DNA of 52,274 bases from an uncultured beta proteobacterium (GTDB lineage Bacteria > Pseudomonadota > Gammaproteobacteria > Burkholderiales > Burkholderiaceae_C), in assembly GCA_903896425.1 (NCBI GenBank), contig CAITXW010000257.1:1-52274 (forward strand), written 5' to 3'. Every line of letters starts with the position of its first letter. Position 1 is the stretch's first letter. Below, in pieces: positions 37,276 to 47,778 of the stretch. The translations under genes and the position numbers were made by a program. Under the pieces are notes generated by a model that saw only the letters and a program-made list of their open reading frames with translations, searched no databases and had not been told where the DNA came from.

Positions 37276-39396
37276 GTGAAGACAAACATGATGAAATTGA
37301 TTGGCAGTTTGGCGCTTGCCGCAACACTGCTTCTGGGCGCCTGCGGTGGTGGTGGCGATCTTGCCCCTTGCGGCAGCGGCAGTTCGCTGGTGAATGCCAT
37401 ACTGGATCAGGGCAAGTGCAGCACCAGCCCGGCCGCGGCTTCGGCCACCGCCGCATCGGGTTCGTTGACGCTTTCCCTGACAGATGCGGCCGGTGCGGCG
37501 GTCACGGCGGTTTCTCCGGACCATGCCGGTACCTTGAAGGCGCTCGTTGTGGACAGCAAGGGCGTCGGCGTGCCCAGCGTTGCCGTCACTTTCACAACAA
37601 GCGACAAGACCGGCAACTTCGTGCCCTCGTCCGGCACCGCCTTAACCGATGCGAGCGGTGTGGCCAGCGTCGGTCTGCCCGCAGGCACGCAAGCCGGGGC
37701 CTTCACGGTCACGGCCAATGCCGCTGCGGGCGGCAAGAGCGTTGCGGGAACGGTGGGCTACACGGTTGCGTTTCCAACGCTGACCTTGAGCGCGCTGAGC
37801 ATGACGCCGGCAACACTCTCGGCCGGTGGCAATGCGAGTGTCAGCGTGACCGTCTCAAGCGGATCCTCGGCCTATGCCACGCCGCTGCCGGTGACTTTCA
37901 CTTCACCCTGTGTCGCATCGGGCAAGGCGACGATCGGCACGCCGGTGCTGACGCAAAACGGGATTGCGCTGGCGAGCTACACGGACAAGGGTTGTGGCGT
38001 TGCGGATGCGATCACCGCATCCGTGGCGCTCGGCGGCATGACGGTCAGCAGGACTGGAAGCATCACGGTGCTGCCAGCTACCGCCGGGTCGATCAAGTTC
38101 CTGACGGCCGATACGACCAACATCGCGCTCAAAGGCACTGGTGGCTTTGGCCGTCAGGAATTCTCGACCCTCAAGTTTCAGGTCTTCGATACCACCGGCA
38201 ATGCGGTATCGGGCAAGCTGGTCAATTTTTCGTTCGCAGACAAGAGCACCGAGCCCGCGACGACGCTGGGTGGCCTCGCGCTCAATCCGGCCTCCGCCAC
38301 CTCGGCAGCGGACGGCACGGTGACCACGCTGGTGTCCGGCGGCGCCATTCCAACCTCGGTTCGCGTTGTCGCCACGATCAACGCCAGCGCACCGCCGATC
38401 ACCACGCTCTCCAACATCCTGGTCGTTTCAACCGGCGTACCGGACAAGAAACACTTCTCGCTTGCCAGCACCATCGGCAACTGTGAAGGACGGGACTTCA
38501 ACCAGTATTGCAGCACGGTCACTGCCACGCTTGCAGACCATTTCGGAAACCCGGTGCCCGATGGCACGGCGGTGAATTTCACGATTGAAGGCAATGGGGC
38601 CATTGAGGCATCCTGTGTCACGGGTTCGCTGCCGGAGCCTGGCGCCACGCCGGCGGGTCAGACAACAAATTCCAAAGTCGGCCCGGGTTCCGGGAGCTGC
38701 AGCGTTGCGTTGTACTCAAGCGACCCCCGTTTGACCGATGGCCGTGCGACCGTTCTTGCGTATGCCCTGGGCGAGGAAGATTTCTTTGACGCCAATGGCA
38801 ACAATATTTGCGATAACTGCGACAACCTGACGGGTCCGGAATTCACGCCTGCCAACGACATGAGTCCGGATATCTTCCGTGACGACAACGAGGACGGTGT
38901 CTGGACGGCCGGCGAGCCATGCATCGGACCCAATGGCAATGCAAGCTGCAGCACGCCGGGCGATGGCAAGTACAACGGCGTTCTGCGCAGTCCCCCGGCG
39001 TCGACCACGCAGACTTTGTATGTTTCGGATCAGCTGGTTCAGATCTTTTCCGGAAGCCATGCGACTGTCACATTCAATCCGACGAACCTCGTCTGCCCGG
39101 TTGGTGGCACCGCCGACGTCCAGGTCACCGTCACGGACCAGATCGGAAACATCATGCCTGCGGGAACGACCATTGCCTTCAGCACATTTTTCGGTTTCGG
39201 CGTTGACGAGCTTGGCGTGTACCCGGCCAGCGTCAAGGTCAATAACGTGGTGCTTGCCGTGGGTCAACCGCTGCTGATTCCGACCTACACCGTGAGTGTT
39301 GCGTGTGCTGGCAACGGAAAATTGTTTGCAACCGTCACCACACCGTCGAAAGTTGAAACATCGGCCAGCATCCAGATCGGTATCCCGATCAACTAG
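37276..39396 (+). CDS. Ig-like (Big_1/invasin-type) repeat lipoprotein, putative adhesin
   Basis: LGAC lipobox; Thr/Ser/Ala/Gly-rich beta repeats (ALTDASGVA, DHFGNPVPDGTAVNF, DQIGNIMPAGT); Asp/Asn-rich FDANGN motifs. Confidence 0.82.
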   Translation: MKTNMMKLIGSLALAATLLLGACGGGGDLAPCGSGSSLVNAILDQGKCSTSPAAASATAASGSLTLSLTDAAGAAVTAVSPDHAGTLKALVVDSKGVGVPSVAVTFTTSDKTGNFVPSSGTALTDASGVASVGLPAGTQAGAFTVTANAAAGGKSVAGTVGYTVAFPTLTLSALSMTPATLSAGGNASVSVTVSSGSSAYATPLPVTFTSPCVASGKATIGTPVLTQNGIALASYTDKGCGVADAITASVALGGMTVSRTGSITVLPATAGSIKFLTADTTNIALKGTGGFGRQEFSTLKFQVFDTTGNAVSGKLVNFSFADKSTEPATTLGGLALNPASATSAADGTVTTLVSGGAIPTSVRVVATINASAPPITTLSNILVVSTGVPDKKHFSLASTIGNCEGRDFNQYCSTVTATLADHFGNPVPDGTAVNFTIEGNGAIEASCVTGSLPEPGATPAGQTTNSKVGPGSGSCSVALYSSDPRLTDGRATVLAYALGEEDFFDANGNNICDNCDNLTGPEFTPANDMSPDIFRDDNEDGVWTAGEPCIGPNGNASCSTPGDGKYNGVLRSPPASTTQTLYVSDQLVQIFSGSHATVTFNPTNLVCPVGGTADVQVTVTDQIGNIMPAGTTIAFSTFFGFGVDELGVYPASVKVNNVVLAVGQPLLIPTYTVSVACAGNGKLFATVTTPSKVETSASIQIGIPIN

Positions 39397-39471
39397 GGGC
39401 CTTTGGTGGGGGCATGGCATGGCGGCCCTTGCCCGATGACTGAGTTCTAGAGTCTGTATGAGTCGTCAGAT

Positions 39472-39485
39472 TTGTGAAATCGCAA
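39472..39485. promoter_or_regulatory. FNR-like box with no obvious -10
   Basis: TTGTG-AAAT-CGCAA, one base different from the 37163 box. Confidence 0.35.
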
Positions 39486-39785
39486 TTACCAGCTTGACGC
39501 AACACTGCACCAGGCTGGTACAAAGCGGGAATTCAAGGCCGCCGCCAATTCACCGCATGATCGGGCGCGGGCCTGCATTGGTCGGGTAACCCATGCATAG
39601 GCGTTGGCTTGGTCGTCGCAAAGCGCCCAGCCCGCGTCGGCCTTCGTCAACGGTCGGCAATCGAGCAGGTCAACAAAACCGATGATGCGGCCCACGCAAG
39701 GCAGGAAATTGACCAGTTGCACCGGGTAGCGCCGGAATCCATTGCTGACCTCGACTCGCTCGCAGATCAGCACAGGCCGATATTA
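39486..39785 (-). pseudogene. ASCH-domain gene remnant
   Basis: *YRPVLICE..GRIIGFVDLLDCRPLTKAD..ANAYAWV matches ASCH motifs; in-frame TAA just before YRP and no intact N-terminus. Confidence 0.6.
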
Positions 39786-39787
39786 TT

Positions 39788-39801
39788 TTGCGAATGATCA
39801 A
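39788..39801. promoter_or_regulatory. FNR-like box
   Basis: TTGCG-AATG-ATCAA; one base different from the 15850 box; 135 nt upstream of the glgC box. Confidence 0.5.
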
Positions 39802-39922
39802 GTCATCGGGCGGTAGTCTCCATGAATTGGGTCCTCCCGCTGTCAAGCGCGCGCTGGACCACTCATGATGCCGCTCAGCACATCCTCGACTTCCCGGCCC
39901 ATTTGCCTGCATGTTTTGAAGA

Positions 39923-39963
39923 TTGACATTTCGCAACGCGCGCCCCGCCTGTCGCATCAAACT
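39923..39963 (+). promoter_or_regulatory. FNR/FixK-type class II promoter of glgC
   Basis: TTGAC-ATTT-CGCAA (39923-39936), 21 nt, CAAACT (39958-39963). Confidence 0.62.
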
Positions 39964-40060
39964 TCAGTCAAATTGGCCTGAGGCGGTATTGCACATCGGA
40001 TGGTGCGCATGCTTGCGACAAAGGGTCCCTTTTGAAGACCATTTATCAAGGAGATGCGCC

Positions 40061-41395
40061 ATGGCCCACGCCCTGTCCGCGCCGGTGCAATGTTTCCCGC
40101 GCTGCAACGAATCAGAAGAGCTCGGCGCCGATCACCCGGTGCGATCGACCTATGCCCTGGTGCTTGCCGGCGGTCGTGGTGCGCGCCTGAAGCAAATGAC
40201 CGATGGCTGCGCCAAGCCGGCTGTGCCGTTTGCCGGCTCGCTCAAGATCATCGACTTCACACTCAGCAACTGCGTCAATTCCGGCATCCGCCAGATCAGC
40301 GTGCTGACCCAATACAAGGCGCAGAGCCTTAACCGCCACATTGGGCAGGACTGGGCCTTCCTGGGTGCTGACGGAGGTGAATTCATCGACGTCGTTCCGT
40401 CCCAGCAATCCGCTGGGCTGGCGGGCTACAGCGGCACCGCCGACGCGGTGTACCAAAACCTGAGCCGGGTGCGCCGGACAAATCCGAGGCTGGTACTGAT
40501 TCTGGCCGGCGACCACGTTTACAAGATGGATTACCGGCGCATCATCGAGGACCACCTCAAGCGCAACGCTGACCTCACCGTGGCCTGCATCGAGGTGCCG
40601 CTGGCGCAGGCATCGGCGTTTGGTGTGATGGGCATCGACGCGCGCGCCCGCATCCGGGTGTTCGATGAGAAACCGGCTTGTCCCAAAGCCATTGCGGGTC
40701 GGCCTGGAAGGGCTTTGGCCAGCATGGGCATCTACGTTTTCGATGCCGATTTCCTGTACCGGGAGCTGCAGCGCGATGCGATCGACACAGGCTCAAGCCA
40801 CGACTTCGGGCACGACATCATTCCGCGCGTCATTTCAAGCGGGCGCGTGTTTGCGCATGACTTCGCTAGCAGTTGTGTGGGTCGGGGCAATGCAGAACCC
40901 TACTGGCGCGATGTCGGCACGCTGGACGCCTATTGGCAGGCCAATATGGACCTGGCGCGACCCGATCCCGAATTCAATCTGTATGACGACAGCTGGCCCA
41001 TTCGCGGAAAGTTGCAGGACATGCCGCCCAAGGCCGTCGTTTTCAATGACGAAGGCAGTTGTGGCCTGGAGGGCGAATCGCTGGTCTCCAGTGGCTGCGT
41101 GGTCAGCGGTGCCACGGTGCGGCGATCCATGCTTTTTTCAAAGGCGCAGGTCGGCAACGGCAGCGTGATCGAAGACTCGCTGTTGCTGCCCAATGTGGTG
41201 CTCGGGCGCAACTGCACTTTGCGCCGCGTCATCATCGACAGTCATTGCGTGCTGCCCGACGGCATGCAGATCGGTCTCAATCGGGAACACGACCGCAGCC
41301 GGTTCACGGTGAGCGGAAACGGTGTGACCCTGGTCACACCGGCCATGCTGGGGCAGTTTGACAAACATGTGCCAGCAACGCGCGCCTATGCGTGA
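40061..41395 (+). CDS. glgC: Glucose-1-phosphate adenylyltransferase (divergent)
   Basis: [52 protein letters not shown]; AAGGAG RBS. Confidence 0.9.
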   Translation: MAHALSAPVQCFPRCNESEELGADHPVRSTYALVLAGGRGARLKQMTDGCAKPAVPFAGSLKIIDFTLSNCVNSGIRQISVLTQYKAQSLNRHIGQDWAFLGADGGEFIDVVPSQQSAGLAGYSGTADAVYQNLSRVRRTNPRLVLILAGDHVYKMDYRRIIEDHLKRNADLTVACIEVPLAQASAFGVMGIDARARIRVFDEKPACPKAIAGRPGRALASMGIYVFDADFLYRELQRDAIDTGSSHDFGHDIIPRVISSGRVFAHDFASSCVGRGNAEPYWRDVGTLDAYWQANMDLARPDPEFNLYDDSWPIRGKLQDMPPKAVVFNDEGSCGLEGESLVSSGCVVSGATVRRSMLFSKAQVGNGSVIEDSLLLPNVVLGRNCTLRRVIIDSHCVLPDGMQIGLNREHDRSRFTVSGNGVTLVTPAMLGQFDKHVPATRAYA

Positions 41396-41499
41396 CGGCG
41401 CCAGCGCAGTCCGCATGGGCGCATAGCATCGTTGGTCGCCAACGCCCTGCTCGCCAGAGTGGGTTTTGGAACAGGCCCGCAGGTATAATGAAACACGAT

Positions 41500-41575
41500 G
41501 CGGCTGTAGCTCAGTGGATAGAGTATCGGCCTCCGAAGCCGAGGGCCGTGGGTTCGATCCCCGCCAGCCGCACCA
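41500..41575 (+). tRNA. tRNA-Arg (anticodon CCG)
   Basis: 76 nt; GCGGCTG/CAGCCGC acceptor stem, TCGGC-CT-CCG-AA-GCCGA anticodon arm, GGTTCGA T-loop, encoded CCA; TATAAT at 41484-41489. Confidence 0.97.
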
Positions 41576-41658
41576 GTGCAATTTAGCTTGCCACCCTGCT
41601 TGATCACTCCGGCTGATTTGCCCCAATAATGGGGCACTGACAAAGAAGGAAAGAAACT

Positions 41659-42051
41659 ATGACCATACTGGTAGCCTATGTGCCACGTCCGGAAGGACAG
41701 GCGGCTTTGGACAAGGGTTTGGAAATCGCCAAACGCCGCAAGGAACGTCTCGTAGTGGTCAATGCCAGCCCGGGCGGCAGAAAAGAAGATGTGGCGATGG
41801 CCGATGCACAGGACATCGAGCGTGTCGAAGCCCTGCTGGCGGCCTCGGGTTGCGACGCCGAATTCAAGCAGTTCGTGCGCGGTCAGAGCGCGGTGTCCGA
41901 AATCGAGTCAATGATTGATTCATTGCAGGTCTCGCTGCTGATTCTCGGTCTGCGCAAACGCACGGCGGTTGGCAAACTGATTCTGGGTAGCGTCGCCCAG
42001 GAATTGCTGCTTTCCGTCCCCTGCCCGGTGCTGGCGGTCAAGGCAGCCTGA
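41659..42051 (+). CDS. Universal stress protein
   Basis: MTILVAYVPRPEG, ILGLRKRTAVGKLILGSVAQELLLSVPCPVLAVK. Confidence 0.88.
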   Translation: MTILVAYVPRPEGQAALDKGLEIAKRRKERLVVVNASPGGRKEDVAMADAQDIERVEALLAASGCDAEFKQFVRGQSAVSEIESMIDSLQVSLLILGLRKRTAVGKLILGSVAQELLLSVPCPVLAVKAA

Positions 42052-42118
42052 TTTCCGTCTCAAGGGATCATGCGACTGCCCCAGTTTGGGGTTTGTTCTG
42101 ACGTTCTCGCGCTGTTGG

Positions 42119-42159
42119 TTGACTTGGGTCAAAGAGATCGCACTGAAGGTCGATAGCAT
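42119..42159 (+). promoter_or_regulatory. FNR/FixK-type class II promoter of the CBS gene
   Basis: TTGAC-TTGG-GTCAA (42119-42132), 21 nt, -10 TAGCAT (42154-42159). Confidence 0.75.
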
Positions 42160-42177
42160 CGGCCGCAGGAGACAGCT

Positions 42178-42600
42178 ATGTTCGATCAACCTATCAGACA
42201 CCTGATGGACAGTAAGAAATTTCTTACTGCGCCACCACAGACCACAGTCAGTGACGCCGCCCGGTTGATGGCGGGAAAAAACACTGGCGCCATTTTGGTA
42301 CTCGAAGCCGGGAAGCTGGTGGGTATTTTTTCCGAGCGCGATGTGGTTTTTCGTGTCATTGCCAAAGGCTTGGAGGCCAAGACCACGACGCTGGCGCAGG
42401 TCATGACGGCCGACCCGAAGACGCTGGCACCCAACAAATCCTATGGTCACGCCCTGCTGCTCATGCAGGAAAACGGCTTTCGCCATGTTCCCGTGGTTGA
42501 AGATGGGAAGGCCATTGGCATCATCTCTTCGCGCAATGCGATGGATCCGGACTTGGAAGAGTTCGTTTTCGAAGAGCGACGGCGCGAACACCACCGCTAG
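42178..42600 (+). CDS. CBS-pair domain protein
   Basis: LVGIFSERD, VMTADP, FRHVPVVEDGK..GIIS; AGGAG RBS. Confidence 0.9.
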   Translation: MFDQPIRHLMDSKKFLTAPPQTTVSDAARLMAGKNTGAILVLEAGKLVGIFSERDVVFRVIAKGLEAKTTTLAQVMTADPKTLAPNKSYGHALLLMQENGFRHVPVVEDGKAIGIISSRNAMDPDLEEFVFEERRREHHR

Positions 42601-42614
42601 AAAAAAAGCGGGCT

Positions 42615-43724
42615 TCAGTCTGTTTTACGTTTCAGCAGCATGGCATCGCCATAGCTGAAAAACCGGTATTTTTCCGCTATCGCGTGCTGGTAAAGCGCCA
42701 TCACATGCGCGTGGCCGGCAAAGGCACTGACCAGCATCATCAGGCTGGATTTTGGCAAGTGAAAGTTGGTTACCAGCAAGTCCACCAATTTGAATTCAAA
42801 CCCCGGTGTGATGAAGATATCCGTGTCGCCACAGGATTGGCCACTGTTTGGCGCACCATCCTTCATGCTGCGGGCCCAGGACTCCAGCGCGCGTACCGTG
42901 GTCGTGCCAACGGCGATGATGCGACCCCCACGAGCCCGGCACGCGGCAATGGCCTGCTGCGTGGCGGCAGGCACTTCATACCACTCGCTGTGCATCTGGT
43001 GCTCGGCCAGGTTCTCGGTCTTGACGGGTTGAAAGGTGCCGGCGCCCACGTGCAGGGTGACATGGGCGCGTTGCGCGCCAGCGGTGTCAATGGCGTCGAG
43101 CAGGGCTTGGTCAAAGTGCAATGCTGCCGTTGGCGCGGCCACCGCGCCCGGGTTTTTGGCGAACACGGTTTGGTAACGCGCTGCATCTTCTGCTGAATCG
43201 GTGTGATCAATGTAGGGCGGCAGTGGCACATGGCCGTGTCGCTCCAGCAGGGTGAGCGGGTCGTCGCCGGCGTCATTGGAGAGCACAAAGCGGAACAGGG
43301 CGCCGTTGGCATCGGGCCAGCGCCCCAGCAGCGTGGCGCAAAGACCGTCATGGCTGCCGGGTGCGCCGGTCAGGGCCAGTGTGGTGCCGACTTCGGGTTT
43401 CTTGCTCACGCGCATATGCGCTGCGACCTGGTTGCCGCCGAGCACGCGCTCGACCAGCAGTTCAAGCTTGCCGCCGGTTGGCTTGGCGCCAAACAAGCGT
43501 GCCTTGATGACCTTGGTGTCGTTCAATACCACCAGATCGCCGGGGCGCAGGAAGGACGGCAGTTCGTGAAATATTCGATCGGCTGGGCTGGCGCTGGTGC
43601 CGTCGAGCAGGCGCGAGCCGCTGCGCTCGGTTGCCGGGTGCTGCGCGATCAGTTCTTCGGGCAGCACAAAGTCGAAATCACTCAGCGTGAAAGTTTGGCT
43701 GGCGTCGGTCGGGGAATGGGTCAT
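42615..43724 (-). CDS. queA: S-adenosylmethionine:tRNA ribosyltransferase-isomerase
   Basis: [53 protein letters not shown]. Confidence 0.96.
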   Translation of the reverse strand: MTHSPTDASQTFTLSDFDFVLPEELIAQHPATERSGSRLLDGTSASPADRIFHELPSFLRPGDLVVLNDTKVIKARLFGAKPTGGKLELLVERVLGGNQVAAHMRVSKKPEVGTTLALTGAPGSHDGLCATLLGRWPDANGALFRFVLSNDAGDDPLTLLERHGHVPLPPYIDHTDSAEDAARYQTVFAKNPGAVAAPTAALHFDQALLDAIDTAGAQRAHVTLHVGAGTFQPVKTENLAEHQMHSEWYEVPAATQQAIAACRARGGRIIAVGTTTVRALESWARSMKDGAPNSGQSCGDTDIFITPGFEFKLVDLLVTNFHLPKSSLMMLVSAFAGHAHVMALYQHAIAEKYRFFSYGDAMLLKRKTD

Positions 43725-43807
43725 GGTGCTTGAGGGTCGGACGGACCCGTGCCAAGAAAGTACAGGCCCGAATTGTCGCAGCATGCCGACACGGGCAAAA
43801 TCGGCGC

Positions 43808-45913
43808 ATGTCGCAGCCGATCGCCCCCGCACCCAGCACGCCTTTGAGCGGTCCGCAGAAGGGCATGCGCAAGCTGGGTCTGTTGCGCCCGATCGACCTG
43901 GCGCTGCATTTGCCGCTGCGCTACGAGGACGAAACCCGCATCGTCAAACTGAGGGATGTCCGTGACGGTGATCTGGCGCAGATCGAAGGCGTGGTGACTT
44001 CCTGCGAAGTGCGCGTGCGTGGTCAGCGCCAGTTGCTGGTGACGCTTGATGATGACTCAGAGATCTGCCAGTTGCGTTTTTTCAGCTTCTACCCTTCGCA
44101 GCAAAAGGCGCTCGCCGTGGGCCAGCGCATCCGCGCGCGCGGCGAAATCAAGGGCGGTTTTGGCGGATTGCAAATGATGCATCCGAGCTTTAAAGCCGCC
44201 AGTGGCCCACTGCCGAGCGCGCTGACACCGGTCTATCCAACGACGGCGGCCTTGCCGCAAGCCTATCTGCGCCGCGCTGTGCTGGGGGGGCTCGAGCGCG
44301 CTGATCTGGCGGAAACAATTAGCGCCGGTGGGCTGCCTGCAAAGCATCCGGCCTTGGCGTGGAGTCTGCGCCAGGCGCTGTCCTTTTTGCATATGCCGAC
44401 GCCTGATGTGGCTCTGAGCACGCTGCAAGACCCGAACCACCCGGCCTGGCAGCGACTCAAGTTTGAGGAATTGCTGGCGCAGCAGTTGTCGCAGTTGCAG
44501 GCCAAGCGCGAGCGCGCCCGGCTGCGTGCGCCGGTGCTGCCGGTGCGACGTCAAACCTCCCACACAGCGCTGCCTCTGCATGAGCAATTGCTGGCGGCCT
44601 TGCCGTTTCGCCTCACCGCAGCCCAGCGTCGCGTCAGCGAGGAAATCATGCGGGATCTGGCGCGGCCCGTGCCCATGCACCGCTTGCTGCAAGGCGATGT
44701 AGGTTCCGGGAAAACCGTGGTCGCGGCGCTGGCGGCGGCGATTTGCATGGACGCTGGACACCAGTGCGCCTTGATGGCGCCTACTGAAATTTTGGCCGAG
44801 CAGCATTTCCGCAAGCTGATCGCTTGGTTGGAGCCGCTGGGCGTCAAGACAGCCTGGTTGACCGGAGGCCAGAAGGCCAAAGAAAGGCGTGAGACGCTGG
44901 CCCTGATTGCCAGCGGCGAAGCGATGCTGGTGGTGGGAACACATGCCGTCATTCAGGACAAGGTGGTGTTCAAGAATCTGGCGCTCGCCATCATCGATGA
45001 GCAGCACCGCTTTGGCGTGGCGCAAAGACTGGCCTTGCGCGGCAAGCTGACCGATGTTGAGATGGAGCCGCATTTGCTGATGATGACGGCGACACCGATT
45101 CCGCGCACGCTGGCCATGAGCTATTACGCCGATCTGGATGTCTCCACCATCGATGAGCTGCCGCCCGGGCGCACGCCCATCGTTACCAAGGTGGTGGGCG
45201 AGGCGAGGCGCGACGAGGTGATCGCGCGCATCAGCGCCCAACTGGCGCAAGGTCGGCAGGTGTACTGGGTTTGCCCGCTGATTGAGGAGAGCGAGGCACT
45301 CGATTTGCGCAACGCCACCGAAACCCACGCGCAGTTGAGCGCCGCTTTGCAGATCGCTGGTGCTGCCGCTTTGCAGATCGGTTTGCTGCACTCGCGCATG
45401 CCGGTGGCAGAGAAGAAGGCGGTGATGGCTTCATTCACCAGCGGCGCAATGGGTGTGCTGGTCAGCACCACGGTGATTGAGGTCGGTGTTGACGTGCCCA
45501 ACGCCACGCTGATGGTGATCGAGCACGCCGAGCGCTTTGGTCTGTCGCAGTTGCACCAGTTGCGTGGGCGCGTCGGGCGCGGCGCCAGTGCTTCAGCCTG
45601 CGTGCTGTTGTATTCCACGGGCGATGCGCCGCGCTTGGGTGAAACCGCACGTGAGCGCCTGAAAGCGATGGTTGAGACCAGTGACGGTTTTGAGATTGCG
45701 CGGCGCGACCTGGAGATTCGCGGCCCCGGTGAGTTTCTGGGTGCGCGCCAGTCGGGGGCAGCCCTGCTGCGTTTTGCTGATCTCGTTGCCGATGGGGCTT
45801 TGCTGGAGCAGGCGCGCCGATTGGCGCCGTTGATGCTGGATCAGCATCCGGAGCTGGCAGCGCAGCACGTTGCGCGCTGGCTTGGTGGCAAGGAACGGTA
45901 CCTAAAAGCCTGA
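43808..45913 (+). CDS. recG: ATP-dependent DNA helicase RecG
   Basis: [41 protein letters not shown]. Confidence 0.96.
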   Translation: MSQPIAPAPSTPLSGPQKGMRKLGLLRPIDLALHLPLRYEDETRIVKLRDVRDGDLAQIEGVVTSCEVRVRGQRQLLVTLDDDSEICQLRFFSFYPSQQKALAVGQRIRARGEIKGGFGGLQMMHPSFKAASGPLPSALTPVYPTTAALPQAYLRRAVLGGLERADLAETISAGGLPAKHPALAWSLRQALSFLHMPTPDVALSTLQDPNHPAWQRLKFEELLAQQLSQLQAKRERARLRAPVLPVRRQTSHTALPLHEQLLAALPFRLTAAQRRVSEEIMRDLARPVPMHRLLQGDVGSGKTVVAALAAAICMDAGHQCALMAPTEILAEQHFRKLIAWLEPLGVKTAWLTGGQKAKERRETLALIASGEAMLVVGTHAVIQDKVVFKNLALAIIDEQHRFGVAQRLALRGKLTDVEMEPHLLMMTATPIPRTLAMSYYADLDVSTIDELPPGRTPIVTKVVGEARRDEVIARISAQLAQGRQVYWVCPLIEESEALDLRNATETHAQLSAALQIAGAAALQIGLLHSRMPVAEKKAVMASFTSGAMGVLVSTTVIEVGVDVPNATLMVIEHAERFGLSQLHQLRGRVGRGASASACVLLYSTGDAPRLGETARERLKAMVETSDGFEIARRDLEIRGPGEFLGARQSGAALLRFADLVADGALLEQARRLAPLMLDQHPELAAQHVARWLGGKERYLKA

Positions 45914-45945
45914 TCCGACAAGCGTTGGTAGGGGACAATAGCCGC

Positions 45946-46899
45946 ATGACGCTGACCGAACTCAAATACATCGTGGCTGTGGCGCGCGAGCGCCACTTCG
46001 GCAGGGCGGCCGATGCCTGCTATGTCTCACAACCGACGCTGTCCGTGGCGGTCAAGAAGCTCGAAGAAGAACTCGACGTCAAACTTTTCGAGCGCAGCGC
46101 CAACGAAGTTTCGGTAACGCCACTGGGGGAGGAAATCGTGCGCCAGGCGCAGGCGGTGCTGGAGCAGGCTGCCAATATCAAGGTGCTGGCCAAGCGCGGC
46201 AAGGATCCGCTCAACGGCTCGCTGACGCTGGGCGTGATCTACACCATTGGCCCCTATCTGTTGCCCGATCTGGTGCACCAGATGATCGCGCGACTGCCGC
46301 AAATGCCGCTCATGTTGCAGGAGAACTTCACCGTCAAACTGCTCGAGATGCTGCGCACCGGCGAGATCGACTGCGCCATCCTGGCCGAGCCTTTCCCGGA
46401 TGCCGGACTGGCGACAGCGCCGCTTTATGACGAGCCGTTTATGGCCGTGGTGCCGGTTCATCATCCGCTGGCCAAACAGGATCAGGTGACGACCGAGGAA
46501 CTCAAGCGCGAGAACATGCTGCTGCTGGGCAGTGGCCACTGTTTTCGGGACCATGTGCTGGAGGTTTGCCCCGAATTCGCCCGTTTCTCGAGCAATGCCG
46601 AGGGTATTCGCAAGACCTTCGAGGGCTCGTCGTTGGAGACCATCAAGCACATGGTGGCGGCCGGTATGGGCGTCACCCTGGTGCCACGCCTGAGCGTGCC
46701 CACGGAGGCGCTGGCGCGCAAACCCCCTCGCAAGCGCGATGAGGATGCGCATGTCAAATACCTGCCTTTTGCCGGAGACCCGCCGACGCGCCGGGTCGTG
46801 CTGGCATGGCGGCGCAGTTTCACCCGTTACGAGGCGATCGCCGCGCTGCGCAATGCGATCTACGCCTGCGAGTTGCCGGGTGTTGTGCGTTTGTCATGA
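45946..46899 (+). CDS. oxyR: OxyR, LysR-family peroxide sensor
   Basis: [20 protein letters not shown]; [12 protein letters not shown] redox Cys pair; follows recG. Confidence 0.92.
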   Translation: MTLTELKYIVAVARERHFGRAADACYVSQPTLSVAVKKLEEELDVKLFERSANEVSVTPLGEEIVRQAQAVLEQAANIKVLAKRGKDPLNGSLTLGVIYTIGPYLLPDLVHQMIARLPQMPLMLQENFTVKLLEMLRTGEIDCAILAEPFPDAGLATAPLYDEPFMAVVPVHHPLAKQDQVTTEELKRENMLLLGSGHCFRDHVLEVCPEFARFSSNAEGIRKTFEGSSLETIKHMVAAGMGVTLVPRLSVPTEALARKPPRKRDEDAHVKYLPFAGDPPTRRVVLAWRRSFTRYEAIAALRNAIYACELPGVVRLS

Positions 46900-46909
46900 G
46901 GAAATTGGT

Positions 46910-47776
46910 GTGAAGTTGTCTGGTTCTCGCATCGCCCTGTATCTTGATTTGATCCGCTGGAACCGGCCCGCCGGTTGGTTGCTGCTGCTGTGGCCGACGC
47001 TGGGTGCGCTATGGGTTGCCGCCGGTGGCTTCCCGGGTTGGCATCTGCTGTTGGTTTTTACGTTCGGCACGTTCCTGATGCGCAGCGCGGGTTGTTGCAT
47101 CAACGATGTGGCGGACCGCAAGTTCGATCGCCACGTCAAGCGTACGGCGAACCGGCCGGTGACGACTGGCGCCGTGTCGGTGAAAGAAGCGCTAATGCTT
47201 GGCGCCGTGCTGGCCTTGCTGGCGTTTGCGCTGGTGCTCACGACCAATGCCGTGACCATTGCCTGGTCGTTTGCCGCGCTGGCCATCACACTGGCCTATC
47301 CCTATGCCAAGCGTTTGGTCTCGATGCCGCAGGCTGTCCTGGGTGTGGCCTTCAGTTTCGGTATTCCGATGGCCTTTACCGCTGTGCAAGCCAGTGTCCC
47401 CTTGTTGGCCTGGATCCTGTTGCTGAGAAATCTGTTCTGGGTTCTGGCCTACGACACCGAATACGCGATGGTGGACCGGGACGACGACCTGCGCATTGGC
47501 ATGAAGACCTCGGCCATCACGCTAGGCCGGTTCGATGTGCCGGTGATCATGCTGAGCTATCTGATTTTCGTTATCAGTTGGGATATTTCATTGATGCCCT
47601 ACGCGCAGGGCAAGGCGTTTTACGTCGCCGTGACACTGGCTTTTGCGCAGGTCGCCTGGCATTACACCCTGATTCGCTCACGCGAGCGCGAAGGCTGTTT
47701 CCAGGCCTTTCGCCTGAACCACTGGCTCGGGTTCACTTTGTTTGCCGGGATCGCGCTCAGCTACGCGTTGCAATAA
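46910..47776 (+). CDS. ubiA: 4-hydroxybenzoate octaprenyltransferase
   Basis: [36 protein letters not shown]; GTG start inferred. Confidence 0.94.
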   Translation: MKLSGSRIALYLDLIRWNRPAGWLLLLWPTLGALWVAAGGFPGWHLLLVFTFGTFLMRSAGCCINDVADRKFDRHVKRTANRPVTTGAVSVKEALMLGAVLALLAFALVLTTNAVTIAWSFAALAITLAYPYAKRLVSMPQAVLGVAFSFGIPMAFTAVQASVPLLAWILLLRNLFWVLAYDTEYAMVDRDDDLRIGMKTSAITLGRFDVPVIMLSYLIFVISWDISLMPYAQGKAFYVAVTLAFAQVAWHYTLIRSREREGCFQAFRLNHWLGFTLFAGIALSYALQ

Positions 47777-47778
47777 CT

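Noticed and set aside
41550-42100. att-like duplication of the tRNA-Arg 3' end, or an integrase
   Set aside because: No second copy or recombinase motif found by eye in the window
42601-42626. Terminator between the CBS gene and queA
   Set aside because: A-tract present but the stem is heavily mismatched on the strand that would carry the U-tract
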